From assembly GCA_964401485.1 (NCBI GenBank), contig CAYNYL010000003.1, forward strand, positions 18,365 through 82,364: a stretch of DNA of 64,000 nt. Reading direction: 5' to 3'. Origin of the DNA: an uncultured Gammaproteobacteria bacterium. Its GTDB lineage: Bacteria > Patescibacteriota > Patescibacteriia > UBA9934. A program made the position numbers and the translations under genes. Positions 47,052 through 56,427 of this stretch are shown piece after piece; position 1 is the stretch's first letter, and every line of letters starts with the position of its first letter. The notes under the pieces are model-generated. The model was not told the DNA's origin, did no database searches, and saw only the letters and a program-made list of their open reading frames with translations.

Positions 47052-49727
47052 TTATTGGCAAGACTCGCAGGTTGGGTCGTCGAGTCGGCAGAGTTTAATT
47101 TCAGGAGCCGGTTGCTGTACCGGTGTTACAACGTTTGGATAGATCGGAACGGTTGGGGCGGTTTGAAGAGGGGGTACGACTTGCATAATCGGTTGCGGAG
47201 CCGGGGTCGGCGTTGGCGCCGGAGTCGGTTCACTCGCCGGAACCGTGACCGGAATTGGTTGTGGTACGACTTGCTGAACTGGCTCGGGAGTCGGTTCACT
47301 TGTAATCGTTACCGTTTCGAGTACCTGCATCGTGATAGTTTGTGTTGGCGCTTGTTGTTCAGGGGCGGGCGCTTGTTCCGGAGTATTTACCGCGACGGAG
47401 TTTGTTTCGGTGATTGTTGCGCGATCGACTTGTGACGCTCCGATCGTTCGGAGGTAGTACGTCGTCTTAAGTCCCATCTTCCACGCGTAGGTGTAAACAT
47501 CGGAGAAAAACTTTCCGCTCGTATTGTCAGCGAAAATATTGATCGATTGGCTTTGGTCAATCCATTTTCCGCGTACAGCCGCGTGCTTCACAACCCATTC
47601 CGGATGGATCTCAAATACGGTCTTGTAGATTTGCTTCATGTCTGCCGGAATCTCGTCGATGTTTACAATCGTTCCATCTTGAATCTTCATCTTCTCGATG
47701 ATGCTTGGCGTCCAAAGTCCTCGCGCCTTGAGGGCGTCCGCTAGGAAGTCATTGATGACAATGAAGTCTCCGCCATGGTTGGCTTTAACGTAGATGTGCT
47801 TGTAAATCGGCTCGATCGAAGGCGTACAGCCGGCGATGTTTGAGATCGTTGCGGTTGGCGCAATCGCCATACAATTCGAATTACGCATGCCGTATTTGCG
47901 AACGCTGTTACGGACAATTTGCCAATCCATGGTCTCCTCTTTATTAACAGGAATCTCAACGCCACGCTCATGTTCATGCATCTTAAGCGTATCAATAGGG
48001 AAGAGGTTGCGATCCCACTTCGAACCCTTGTAGGTCGCGTAAGCACCCTTTTCTTGCGCAAGTTTTGAGGAGTTAAGAATCGCATGATAGGAAATAAATT
48101 CCATGTTTTCGTCGGAGAAACGAACAGCTTCTTCCGAATCAAACGGGAGCTTAAGTTTGTAGAGTGCCTCTTGGAGACCCATGACTCCAAGTCCAACTGG
48201 ACGGTGTCGAAGGTTTGAAACCTTCGATTCTTTTGTCGGATAGAAGTTGAGATCGATTACGTTATCGAGCATGCGCATCGCGACGGCGACGGTTTTCTCG
48301 AGCTGTGGTCTATCGAATCCATTTTCAGTCGTATGTCGAAGAAGGTTAATCGAACCAAGGTTGCAGACGGCGGTTTCGTCCTTACTCGTATTAAGCGTAA
48401 TTTCCGTACAAAGGTTCGAGCTATGGACGACGCCAACGTGATCTTGCGGGGAGCGAACATTGCAAGGATCCTTAAACGTAATCCAGGCGTGACCCGTCGA
48501 GAAGAGCATTGTCAGCATTTTTCGCCAAAGTTCTTTCGCCTTCACCTTCTTAAAGAGTCGAATCTCACCCTGCGCAGCCATTTTTTCGTACTGCTCATAG
48601 CGAATTTCAAATTCCTTGCCGTAGATGTGGTGGAGTTCTGGGGTTTCGTCTGGTGAGAAAAGGGTCCAGTCTCCGTCATTGATCATGCGCTTCATGAACA
48701 AATCTGGAATCCAGTTTGAGGTGTTTACGTCATGCGTTCGTCGGCGCTCGTCACCGGTATTTTTTCGGAGCTCGAGGAAATCTTCGATATCGTAGTGCCA
48801 TGCTTCAAGGTAGACGCAAGTTGCCCCTCGTCGCTTTCCGCTTCGATTGATCGCGGCGGTTGTTGAGTCGACGATTTTAAGGAATGGAATGACTCCCTGA
48901 CTAAAGACGTTTGTACTCTTAATAAGAGCGCCGGTTGCACGAATATTCGTCCAATCGTTTGCAACACCTCCCGACCACTTCGAGAGCTGTGCGTTATCCG
49001 CATAGTTCTTGAAGATATCAACGAGATCGTCCTCGACCGTTGTAAGGAAGCAAGAGCTCATTTGCGGGTGCGAGGTTCCGGAGTGGAAGAGCGTCGGGGT
49101 TGAAGGAACGTAGTAGAGTTGCGACATGGCGTGATAGAACTCGATCGCGCGGTCCTCTTTTTGGAGTTCTTCAAGCGCAAGACCCATCGCGACACGCATC
49201 CAGAAATATTGTGGAAGCTCGAGAATTTTTTGGCTATGATCCTTTAGGAAATAGCGGTCGTAGAGTGTTTGTGCGCCAAGGTACTTAAAGAGACGATCGC
49301 GTTGCGGTTGAATCGCCGCCGAAATTTTCGCGATATCGAAATGACCAAGTCGTGGATCGAGCCGTCCTGCCTCGATTCCTTTCTTAAGTTGCACGGCAAA
49401 CGTTGTTCGGTACTTTTCTTCAAAGGTCTCGTCTTGATCGCCTGTTTTTAAAATGCCCTTGTACAAGTTGTTGAACATGTAGCGGGCGGCAATATTTGAA
49501 TACGCCGGGTACTGATCCATTCTTCCGCGAAGTGCCATGATAATTGCATCTGTAATCTCTTCGGTCGGCATCTTGTCATACAAGTTCACGAGAACATCGT
49601 TCAAGAGTTCTTGGATGTTGATTTGTTGCGAGTGGTCGGCAGTGAGATAGCGAAGCGAGCGTTCGATTTTTCCGAGATCGAACGGCTGGATATCCCCGTG
49701 GCGCTTTGTAACGTAGGAAATGGTCAT
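47052..49727 (-). CDS. nrdA: Ribonucleotide reductase class I alpha subunit with ATP-cone, plus a Pro/Thr-rich C-terminal linker ending in CxxC
   Basis: ATP-cone VTKRHGDIQPFDLGKIERSL at the re-anchored N-terminus, catalytic core NLCTEI, and a roughly 90-aa PT-rich tail ending CRLDDPTCESCQ. The track start at 49847 is probably too far upstream. Confidence 0.85.
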   Translation of the reverse strand: MTISYVTKRHGDIQPFDLGKIERSLRYLTADHSQQINIQELLNDVLVNLYDKMPTEEITDAIIMALRGRMDQYPAYSNIAARYMFNNLYKGILKTGDQDETFEEKYRTTFAVQLKKGIEAGRLDPRLGHFDIAKISAAIQPQRDRLFKYLGAQTLYDRYFLKDHSQKILELPQYFWMRVAMGLALEELQKEDRAIEFYHAMSQLYYVPSTPTLFHSGTSHPQMSSCFLTTVEDDLVDIFKNYADNAQLSKWSGGVANDWTNIRATGALIKSTNVFSQGVIPFLKIVDSTTAAINRSGKRRGATCVYLEAWHYDIEDFLELRKNTGDERRRTHDVNTSNWIPDLFMKRMINDGDWTLFSPDETPELHHIYGKEFEIRYEQYEKMAAQGEIRLFKKVKAKELWRKMLTMLFSTGHAWITFKDPCNVRSPQDHVGVVHSSNLCTEITLNTSKDETAVCNLGSINLLRHTTENGFDRPQLEKTVAVAMRMLDNVIDLNFYPTKESKVSNLRHRPVGLGVMGLQEALYKLKLPFDSEEAVRFSDENMEFISYHAILNSSKLAQEKGAYATYKGSKWDRNLFPIDTLKMHEHERGVEIPVNKEETMDWQIVRNSVRKYGMRNSNCMAIAPTATISNIAGCTPSIEPIYKHIYVKANHGGDFIVINDFLADALKARGLWTPSIIEKMKIQDGTIVNIDEIPADMKQIYKTVFEIHPEWVVKHAAVRGKWIDQSQSINIFADNTSGKFFSDVYTYAWKMGLKTTYYLRTIGASQVDRATITETNSVAVNTPEQAPAPEQQAPTQTITMQVLETVTITSEPTPEPVQQVVPQPIPVTVPASEPTPAPTPTPAPQPIMQVVPPLQTAPTVPIYPNVVTPVQQPAPEIKLCRLDDPTCESCQ

Positions 49728-49956
49728 AGACGAGTTTGAAGAATAAAAAACCTTCACGCTTTCGGCACGACGACGAGCCGTAAGCTGTAAGAACAAGTAT
49801 ACAAAGGGTCGGGAAAAATAGCCCGTCTCAAGGTGTGGACAAAACATTATCTAGTGCCAAACCATCCACAGCGATACTATATGTTGTAAAAGAAACGAGC
49901 GCCGACTCCTTGTTGGAATCGACGCTCGGAAGAGGCGGCGTGGGAACGATGATCGC

Positions 49957-50940
49957 CTATTGCTTTTTGGCCCGCAAAAGGCGCTTCAGGACCCGCTTGA
50001 ACCACTTCTCGACGGTCAGGCCCTTGCTGTTGAGGACGAGATCGAAGACGAAGTGGACAAAGGTCGGCAAGCTGACGCGGTCAAGGCTCAAGTCGAGTGG
50101 GTTCACGACGCGATGCGTCGTGGGTGCGATCTTGAGTCCGAGCGCCGCGAGTCGCTCGACTACGATCTCGAAGGCGGCGAGCATCATGCCGGTGTTGATG
50201 GCGACGACGTCGGCTCCTTCCGGAATCACGATCCCGCCCCAGACTCTCCGCTTCATGCCGCGACGCGGCAGGAAGAGTTCGAGATCTCTGACGACGGGGA
50301 GTACGGTGAGGACGTTGATGTCTTCGTGCTTCGCGGAGCGTACCGAGCCGGGCTTGACGTTCGGGTACTTGTCGAGGGCCGGGTAGTAGATCGCACGGAA
50401 CACCGTCTCGGCGCCGTAGATCGCATTCGTGAGCAGGCCTCGTTCGAGCTTGAGGAAGACCTCGAAGCACGCGAGAACGCGCTCGCTGACCGCGATCGTT
50501 TGGCGCAGGTACTCAAGCGCGAGATCCTTGAACTCAGACACTTCCTTCGGGAAGATGTTCGGACCGTACACCCAGTTCGCGGGATTCAGGGGGTTGCGCT
50601 CATCGCGCACCATCCAGAATTCCTTGAGATCGGGGCAGTCACTACTTGCTGCGATCTCGCTTCCGTACTCGGCGAAACCGCGTTGCCTCAAGCCATCGAG
50701 GGCGATGTACTGCATCAGGGTGAGGCGCGGAAGCGCCATGACTTTGCGAAAGGCCCTCTCGGTATCGTTGATCAGGGTACGGTCGATCTTGTGGTTTTCT
50801 ACCAGGAGGAATCCATCCTGGCACACGGCACGGACGACCTGTTCACATCGCTCTTCGTTTCCAGGCGCCCACGGGTCGTCGGGAAGGTTGACGACCTGAA
50901 TTTCGTGTTGGAATACGGCGTTTGCTCGGGGAGCGACCAA
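49957..50940 (-). CDS. 2OG-Fe(II) oxygenase superfamily protein (isopenicillin N synthase-like), GC-rich
   Basis: DIOX_N-like N-terminus and KHEDINVLTVL (an HxD Fe-binding motif). The start codon is uncertain, apparently TTG. Confidence 0.6.
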   Translation of the reverse strand: MVAPRANAVFQHEIQVVNLPDDPWAPGNEERCEQVVRAVCQDGFLLVENHKIDRTLINDTERAFRKVMALPRLTLMQYIALDGLRQRGFAEYGSEIAASSDCPDLKEFWMVRDERNPLNPANWVYGPNIFPKEVSEFKDLALEYLRQTIAVSERVLACFEVFLKLERGLLTNAIYGAETVFRAIYYPALDKYPNVKPGSVRSAKHEDINVLTVLPVVRDLELFLPRRGMKRRVWGGIVIPEGADVVAINTGMMLAAFEIVVERLAALGLKIAPTTHRVVNPLDLSLDRVSLPTFVHFVFDLVLNSKGLTVEKWFKRVLKRLLRAKKQ

Positions 50941-51035
50941 GTAACACCTCTCGGCTAGGGTTAAAGGAACCGGGCAAAGTCTATCAAATGGGGATAAAAT
51001 CCGCCAGGAGGAAGGAAAGTCGCTATACTGATTCT

Positions 51036-51632
51036 ATGCAGTTCCCAACCTTTCAAGAAGAGCTCACACTTATCGCCTCGGGTTACCGAGCGATTGCTGG
51101 GGTTGACGAAGCGGGGTGCGGGGCGCTCGCGGGTCCGGTTGTCGCTGGAGCGGTTATTTTGCCAATGGATTTACAAATTGATCGGCTTCGTGATTCGAAG
51201 ATGGTTCCCGAGCACGAGCGCGAGCTTCTTTACGCGATGATTACCGAAAAAGCGGAGGCATGGGCGGTTGGGATAGCACACGTTGAGGAGATAGAGGCGA
51301 TAAATGTCCGCCAAGCGACTTTTCTTGCGATGCGTCGCGCGCTCGAGCAAATCAAGCCAGACTTTGCCCTTGTTGATGCTTGGACGATACCTGGAATCGC
51401 GCACCCACAAAAGGGAATTATTCGAGGGGATGCGCAGGTCATGTCCATTTCCGCCGCTGCGATTATCGCAAAGGTGAGCCGTGACCGTTTTATGCGCAAG
51501 ATCCATGACCTTTACCCGGAGTATGGGTTTATTGACCATAAAGGCTACGGCACACAAAAACACCGTGACGCCATCTCGCGCCATGGTCTTACCGCAATCC
51601 ACCGACCGAGTTTTTGCCGAAATATCGAATAA
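51036..51632 (+). CDS. rnhB: Ribonuclease HII
   Basis: IAGVDEAGCGALAGPVVAGAVIL is the RNase HII DEAGRG motif. Start re-anchored to MQFPTF, which has TGCTATACT 6 nt upstream. Confidence 0.85.
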   Translation: MQFPTFQEELTLIASGYRAIAGVDEAGCGALAGPVVAGAVILPMDLQIDRLRDSKMVPEHERELLYAMITEKAEAWAVGIAHVEEIEAINVRQATFLAMRRALEQIKPDFALVDAWTIPGIAHPQKGIIRGDAQVMSISAAAIIAKVSRDRFMRKIHDLYPEYGFIDHKGYGTQKHRDAISRHGLTAIHRPSFCRNIE

Positions 51633-51662
51633 CAAAAAGCCCCCGCGAAAGCGAGGGGTTTT

Positions 51663-51738
51663 TGGAGCCACAGTCGGGAATTGAACCCGAGACCTCATCC
51701 TTACCATGGATGCGCTCTACCAACTGAGCTACTGCGGC
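51663..51738 (-). tRNA. tRNA-Thr (anticodon GGT)
   Basis: Acceptor GCCGCAG/CTGTGGC, anticodon loop ATGGTAA, CCA encoded. Confidence 0.8.
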
Positions 51739-51810
51739 GGATTGAAAACGGGGCTATCTTATCCACTTTTTGGACGGCCGTCAACCCGCTGAAATGCTAT
51801 ACTTGAGGAT

Positions 51811-52104
51811 ATGGAACATGATGAAGAAGCGTTTGGAGCAATGCTCGCCCTCCTTGTTGCGGGATCAGATTTTACCGATGAGCAAAAAGAGGCGTGGGCG
51901 ACGGTTATTCCGTACATGGAAATCGAGAGCATGGAAAAGCTCGCGACTTTTCTTGCGATGAAAATGAACGAAAAGCTCGAGGCAGAGCTCTCGGGGGCGA
52001 AGGAAGAGATCGAGGCGATGGTAACGAGGAGCGCCAATGAACAGAAAAAGATTAACGAAGCCTTCTTGTCCGGGCTCGCAACTTTAGAAAAAGAACTCGT
52101 TTAG
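51811..52104 (+). CDS. Small acidic helical hypothetical protein (97 aa)
   Basis: Apparently leaderless ATG with TGCTATACT 7 nt upstream. Followed 1 nt later by an 890-aa ORF. Confidence 0.5.
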   Translation: MEHDEEAFGAMLALLVAGSDFTDEQKEAWATVIPYMEIESMEKLATFLAMKMNEKLEAELSGAKEEIEAMVTRSANEQKKINEAFLSGLATLEKELV

Positions 52105-52105
52105 T

Positions 52106-54778
52106 ATGGTGAAAAAAAATTCGCGTGTTAATCAAAATAAACCGGTATCAACGAATGCTTCCGGTGCCGATTCCGAAGATCGCCGAGCGCGAGCACGCAA
52201 GCTTCTCGAGGAACTCGCTGAAAACAATCGAAAGGCATTTAATGATCAGTTAAAAAAACGTTCTGAATTAGATAAAGCCGTTGGGCGAACGTTGATCGAC
52301 CCCTCTGCAAGCCTGGAGGTTCCAAAGATTGATGAGCCTGATCCGATTGAGGTTCAAGCACTCGATGTTCCAAGTATTTCTGCGACGCCGGAGAATTTGC
52401 GTAACGTTGATTTGCCTGTTGAAACGGTGAGCGTAGAGTACGATGACGAAGCGACCGAAGTGGATGCAGGTAGCGAAGGAGCACATGATCCAATAGTTCG
52501 CATGCCACCAGTTGCGGAACCGGTGCCAGATTATGAATACACGGCAAATCGAGATATTAAGTTTTCGTCTACCCCGATAGATCAGTGGAAGGATGTGATG
52601 CAAGCGGGCGCCTCAGACGGGGTGCCGGTCAGTCAGTCCACGAAAGATAGTGTGAAAATGCGGGAGCGAACAAAGCCCGTAACGCCGGCGCCTCCCGCGC
52701 CCGGTACGAAAAAACCATTTGAGCGTGCAAATAAAACCGTCTCTCCCGAGGACGACGGTGTTGCGATTGAGTTGCCGGAAGATCCCGACGAAGCCAAGGG
52801 AGTGGATAGCGGGGTTGAACGCCGTGACACTTGGGAGCAGCCAAAAACGGTTGATGTTTCTTGGACGGAAAAAGAATCAGCGAGGGCTGGCCTATTCGAC
52901 CGAATTCGTAAAAGCGAATTCTGGAGGTACACGGTCCGAGGTGAGGTGATAGAGGATGCGGTAAAAGTTGGAGCCGATGTTCGTGCCGTTGAAAAAACGG
53001 TACTAGTTTCGAAATTGTTCGATTTTGTAGGAACTGTGAGCGGTTCCCGCATCCTTGTCTCAGGCCTCGCGGCACTGTATCAAAAAGGCCTGGTTTCGGA
53101 AGAGCAACGCCGTATCATTGAGGCGACGACAGCTGATGCTCGCGTAGAACTCGATGGGGGTGAGGCGTTATTTGACGATGATGTTATTCACGAGCGGGCG
53201 GAGCGTATTGGGGAGCGGATCGCGCAATCGAAATATTTAACGGCTGATAAAAAGCGACTTCTCGAACTTAAGCTTAAACAACTTGTCGATGCACGAGATT
53301 CGGCTCTTACAAATCTCGAACAGGGAAAAATTAATGAAGAAATCGTCGACATTATTTCGCGGACACTTAAGGCAAGGGAAGATATCACCACGGTTTCACG
53401 CGATGCGATTAACTTTACACTCCAGTATACGGGGTTGTTTGCGTTGCGGCTTGCCGGTTACGGTCTCGCGACCTCATACAAGGCTGTGCGTCGCTGGGAG
53501 GGTGAAGCGAAACTTGGGCTCGCGGAAAGTAAAGGGGCGGCTGCGGCGAAAGAGTTTACCAGCTGGTGGAACAAGCTTCGAGGTAAGGACGAGGGGCGAC
53601 GTTTGAAAGGGATGGCGGAAGCGGTTTTGACTGCGCTCCCGACAGTTGGCGTTGTCTATCAAGCGAGTGATTGGTCGAATCTTTCCGAGATGGAGTTGGT
53701 TCGGAAGCTTATGAGTAAGATTCGGGTTGAAGAGGTTCCGGAGGTCACGCTGCACGGTGTTGCATATTCGAGTGACACGGCGCATGCGTTGAATCAGGGC
53801 GAGGATGCTTGGAGTGGAAATGGCGCTTTTGATAGTGAAGCGCCGGAACCGGAAATTGAATCGTCGCAAGCTGTGACTGATTTGGATGTACAGTCGCAGA
53901 TTGAGGTTCCGGGTGTCGAACTTGAGCAGGTTCCTGAGATCGCAACTGTTCGTTCGGGTGATGGTGTAACGTGGATTTTGATGCGTCAGTTTAAAGATCG
54001 AGCGGATGAGCTTGGGTATGATGCGACGAAAGATGGGGATGTGCATGAATGGGCACGTCAAAAGGCGCTCGCGCTTGCAAGAGCAAAAGGGTATCTCGAT
54101 GAGCATGGATTTGAAACACGGATTAAAGGTGATGCAGTAGGGTCGATCGGCCTTGTGTTGAATGAGGAAGGAGACGGGTTCACAATCGTACAGAAAACCG
54201 GTGAATTGATGAGCGCAGGTCAGCGAGGTCGATTCTTTGAAGACGTCGAGGTTCCGGCGGCCTCTACGCCCGAATTATCCACAACGTCCGAGGAGGTGGA
54301 ATTACCGGTAGATATCGGTACGGAAGCGCCGGACGACGTCGAGCTTCCGGAGCCTGAGCCAGAGGTCGAGCAAGTTACTCAAGCCCCCGAGGTTGAGGCG
54401 CCGACCGGTGTTGCAGAAATTCGCGTCGACTCATATGGAAAAATGAAGGCTTTTGAGACGATCGACGGTCGTTATACACTCGATCTTTCGAAGTTTGAAG
54501 TTCGACGAAGACACTTGGAAATGATGCGAGAATTAGCGATTTCTCCCGACGATATCGATACACCGGAGGAGCGCGCCTTCTTCCAAAAACTATTCGCCTA
54601 CGCGTATACGCTCGACGAGATGCGAAAGCAGGGAGAGGAGGGTGGTCGAGTCTATACCGGACTCGCAAAAGAGGCTAATCGGCTATTTGTTATGTCCTAT
54701 TCTAGAATGGGGGTCGAGGTGAACCCGGGTAACCCGCTTATCCTCCCACTCCTTAAGCCGGAATACCGAATCCGCTAG
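52106..54778 (+). CDS. Large hypothetical protein (890 aa), acidic and low complexity, no domain recognised
   Basis: Long ORF with host-like composition, tightly coupled to the preceding small ORF. Confidence 0.55.
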   Translation: MVKKNSRVNQNKPVSTNASGADSEDRRARARKLLEELAENNRKAFNDQLKKRSELDKAVGRTLIDPSASLEVPKIDEPDPIEVQALDVPSISATPENLRNVDLPVETVSVEYDDEATEVDAGSEGAHDPIVRMPPVAEPVPDYEYTANRDIKFSSTPIDQWKDVMQAGASDGVPVSQSTKDSVKMRERTKPVTPAPPAPGTKKPFERANKTVSPEDDGVAIELPEDPDEAKGVDSGVERRDTWEQPKTVDVSWTEKESARAGLFDRIRKSEFWRYTVRGEVIEDAVKVGADVRAVEKTVLVSKLFDFVGTVSGSRILVSGLAALYQKGLVSEEQRRIIEATTADARVELDGGEALFDDDVIHERAERIGERIAQSKYLTADKKRLLELKLKQLVDARDSALTNLEQGKINEEIVDIISRTLKAREDITTVSRDAINFTLQYTGLFALRLAGYGLATSYKAVRRWEGEAKLGLAESKGAAAAKEFTSWWNKLRGKDEGRRLKGMAEAVLTALPTVGVVYQASDWSNLSEMELVRKLMSKIRVEEVPEVTLHGVAYSSDTAHALNQGEDAWSGNGAFDSEAPEPEIESSQAVTDLDVQSQIEVPGVELEQVPEIATVRSGDGVTWILMRQFKDRADELGYDATKDGDVHEWARQKALALARAKGYLDEHGFETRIKGDAVGSIGLVLNEEGDGFTIVQKTGELMSAGQRGRFFEDVEVPAASTPELSTTSEEVELPVDIGTEAPDDVELPEPEPEVEQVTQAPEVEAPTGVAEIRVDSYGKMKAFETIDGRYTLDLSKFEVRRRHLEMMRELAISPDDIDTPEERAFFQKLFAYAYTLDEMRKQGEEGGRVYTGLAKEANRLFVMSYSRMGVEVNPGNPLILPLLKPEYRIR

Positions 54779-54839
54779 CTTGTTGCAAAAACGGGGAAAT
54801 GCTACACTTTTACCGTTAATTCATTAACTAACTATTGCT

Positions 54840-55127
54840 ATGGAAAAGCGATTAAGCAAGTCACAACTCGTAGCCGCTATGGCGGAAACATGGGGAGTGT
54901 CAAAAAAAGAGGCCGGAGAATACTATGATGCATTCATCGGACTCGTTTACAAAGAAGTAAAGCGAGCCGGAGAGATCATGCTCCCAGGCCTTGGCAAATT
55001 CGCAAAGAAGCGCCGAGATGCGCGAACTGGACGAAACCCACTTACGGGTGCAACGATCCAAATTCCTGCAAAGACGGTCGTGAAGTTCACGGTCAACAAG
55101 GCTGCTAAGGACGCGCTCCTTAAATAG
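54840..55127 (+). CDS. hup: DNA-binding protein HU
   Basis: 95 aa. GLGKFAKKRRDARTGRNPLTGATIQIPAKTVVKF is the HU/IHF arm signature. Confidence 0.9.
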   Translation: MEKRLSKSQLVAAMAETWGVSKKEAGEYYDAFIGLVYKEVKRAGEIMLPGLGKFAKKRRDARTGRNPLTGATIQIPAKTVVKFTVNKAAKDALLK

Positions 55128-55148
55128 TCACCTTGAACCAAAGTCGAA

Positions 55149-55176
55149 AATCCCCACCTGGGGATTTTTGCGTTGT
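55149..55176 (+). terminator. Intrinsic terminator (AAATCCCCA-cct-GGGGATTT plus T-run)
   Basis: Perfect hairpin after the hup stop. Confidence 0.65.
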
Positions 55177-55226
55177 CGCCCCCTGTTCAGAATTTGAAAA
55201 TGGGTATAGTTTAAGAAATTAGGTTT

Positions 55227-56411
55227 ATGTCAAAACTCCGGATAGCCCTTATCGCTCTTCTTGTCAGTATCGCCGGTTTGGTTGTTGTCCTTCTCGCAAC
55301 TTCCTATCTCATGGGAGACGACAGTGCTCTGCAAAAAGATTCAACCGTCGATGAGTTAATTCTTGAGGTCACCCAGCGTCGCCTCCTTGAAGAAGAGGGC
55401 GGAGTTGATTTTGGCACTGAGAAAGAGATCAATGTTCTTCTCATAGGACTAGACCAGCGTAAGGATTGGGATAATCCGCATTGCGATGCAATTCACATGT
55501 TTACGCTTGATCTGGAAAACTGGACAATGGAAATTACGTCGGTTCCTCGAGGAACGTACGCGTACATTCCGCGCTCGCTTCCGGAGACGGAGTACTATCT
55601 TGCTAATACTTGCTCCTACGAAGGGCTCGACTATGGAATTAAGCAAATGGAAAAGATCATTGGTCGACGGGCGGATTACTATGCGACGGTGAACTTTTCG
55701 CAAGTGATTGGGATCATGCGCATGCTTGATCTTCCGACAACAGAGTCGCTTCAATGGCTTCGGCATCGCCAGAGTTACGCTATTGGAGATCCGCAACGAA
55801 GTCATAACCAGGCCGTATTCATGAAGGACTTGATTCTGTCTCAATTTCATCGGTTCGAGGGTGATTTTAGTCTTCCGGTGATGTATGCGATGTTTCAGTT
55901 TATCGATACGGACATGAGCTTCACGACGGCAAAATCGCTTGTCCGCGGATATCTTGAGTCGAAAATTTATGAGCGTCCGGAGGATATTGTGCTTTCGATG
56001 AAGCCGTACCATGAAACGGTTGATTATCATTTCGATCTTGAGAACCCCGATGCTCAAATTGAGGCACTGCTTCGTCGGATTCGGCCCTATTTGTCGGATG
56101 ATGACTTGTCGGACCGTTCACTTGAGGAGGTGCAGGCGGAGCTCGTTGCCTATCTTCAAGAGCAGTTAGAGGGCGATGCGCTGGTAGACTCGATTGTTGC
56201 AAGGTCGCTTTGGATGCAAATTGAAGATGAGGCTGTACGTAATGACCTGCATTATCGCTACGTTGAGGAATACGTATATTCGCTCATTGAGCGTGATCGA
56301 AAAGAGGATGCGATTGAATACCTAACCTCTTATATTATCGAGGTTGAAGCATTCGGGCTCGATTCATATGCGACGCGAGGGCGTGGGCTCATGCAGTACA
56401 TCGCACAGTAG
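55227..56411 (+). CDS. LCP (LytR-CpsA-Psr) family protein
   Basis: N-terminal TM. INVLLIGLDQR...DAIHMFTLD...TSVPRGTYAYIP...YYATVNFSQVIGIM matches the LCP core. Confidence 0.7.
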   Translation: MSKLRIALIALLVSIAGLVVVLLATSYLMGDDSALQKDSTVDELILEVTQRRLLEEEGGVDFGTEKEINVLLIGLDQRKDWDNPHCDAIHMFTLDLENWTMEITSVPRGTYAYIPRSLPETEYYLANTCSYEGLDYGIKQMEKIIGRRADYYATVNFSQVIGIMRMLDLPTTESLQWLRHRQSYAIGDPQRSHNQAVFMKDLILSQFHRFEGDFSLPVMYAMFQFIDTDMSFTTAKSLVRGYLESKIYERPEDIVLSMKPYHETVDYHFDLENPDAQIEALLRRIRPYLSDDDLSDRSLEEVQAELVAYLQEQLEGDALVDSIVARSLWMQIEDEAVRNDLHYRYVEEYVYSLIERDRKEDAIEYLTSYIIEVEAFGLDSYATRGRGLMQYIAQ

Positions 56412-56427
56412 GGTATACTTTCGGTAT

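Noticed and set aside
49960-50958. 332-aa plus-strand ORF antisense to the 2OG-Fe(II) oxygenase gene
   Set aside because: The minus-strand frame carries recognisable DIOX_N and HxD oxygenase motifs. The plus frame is a low-complexity, Arg/Asp-rich GC artefact.
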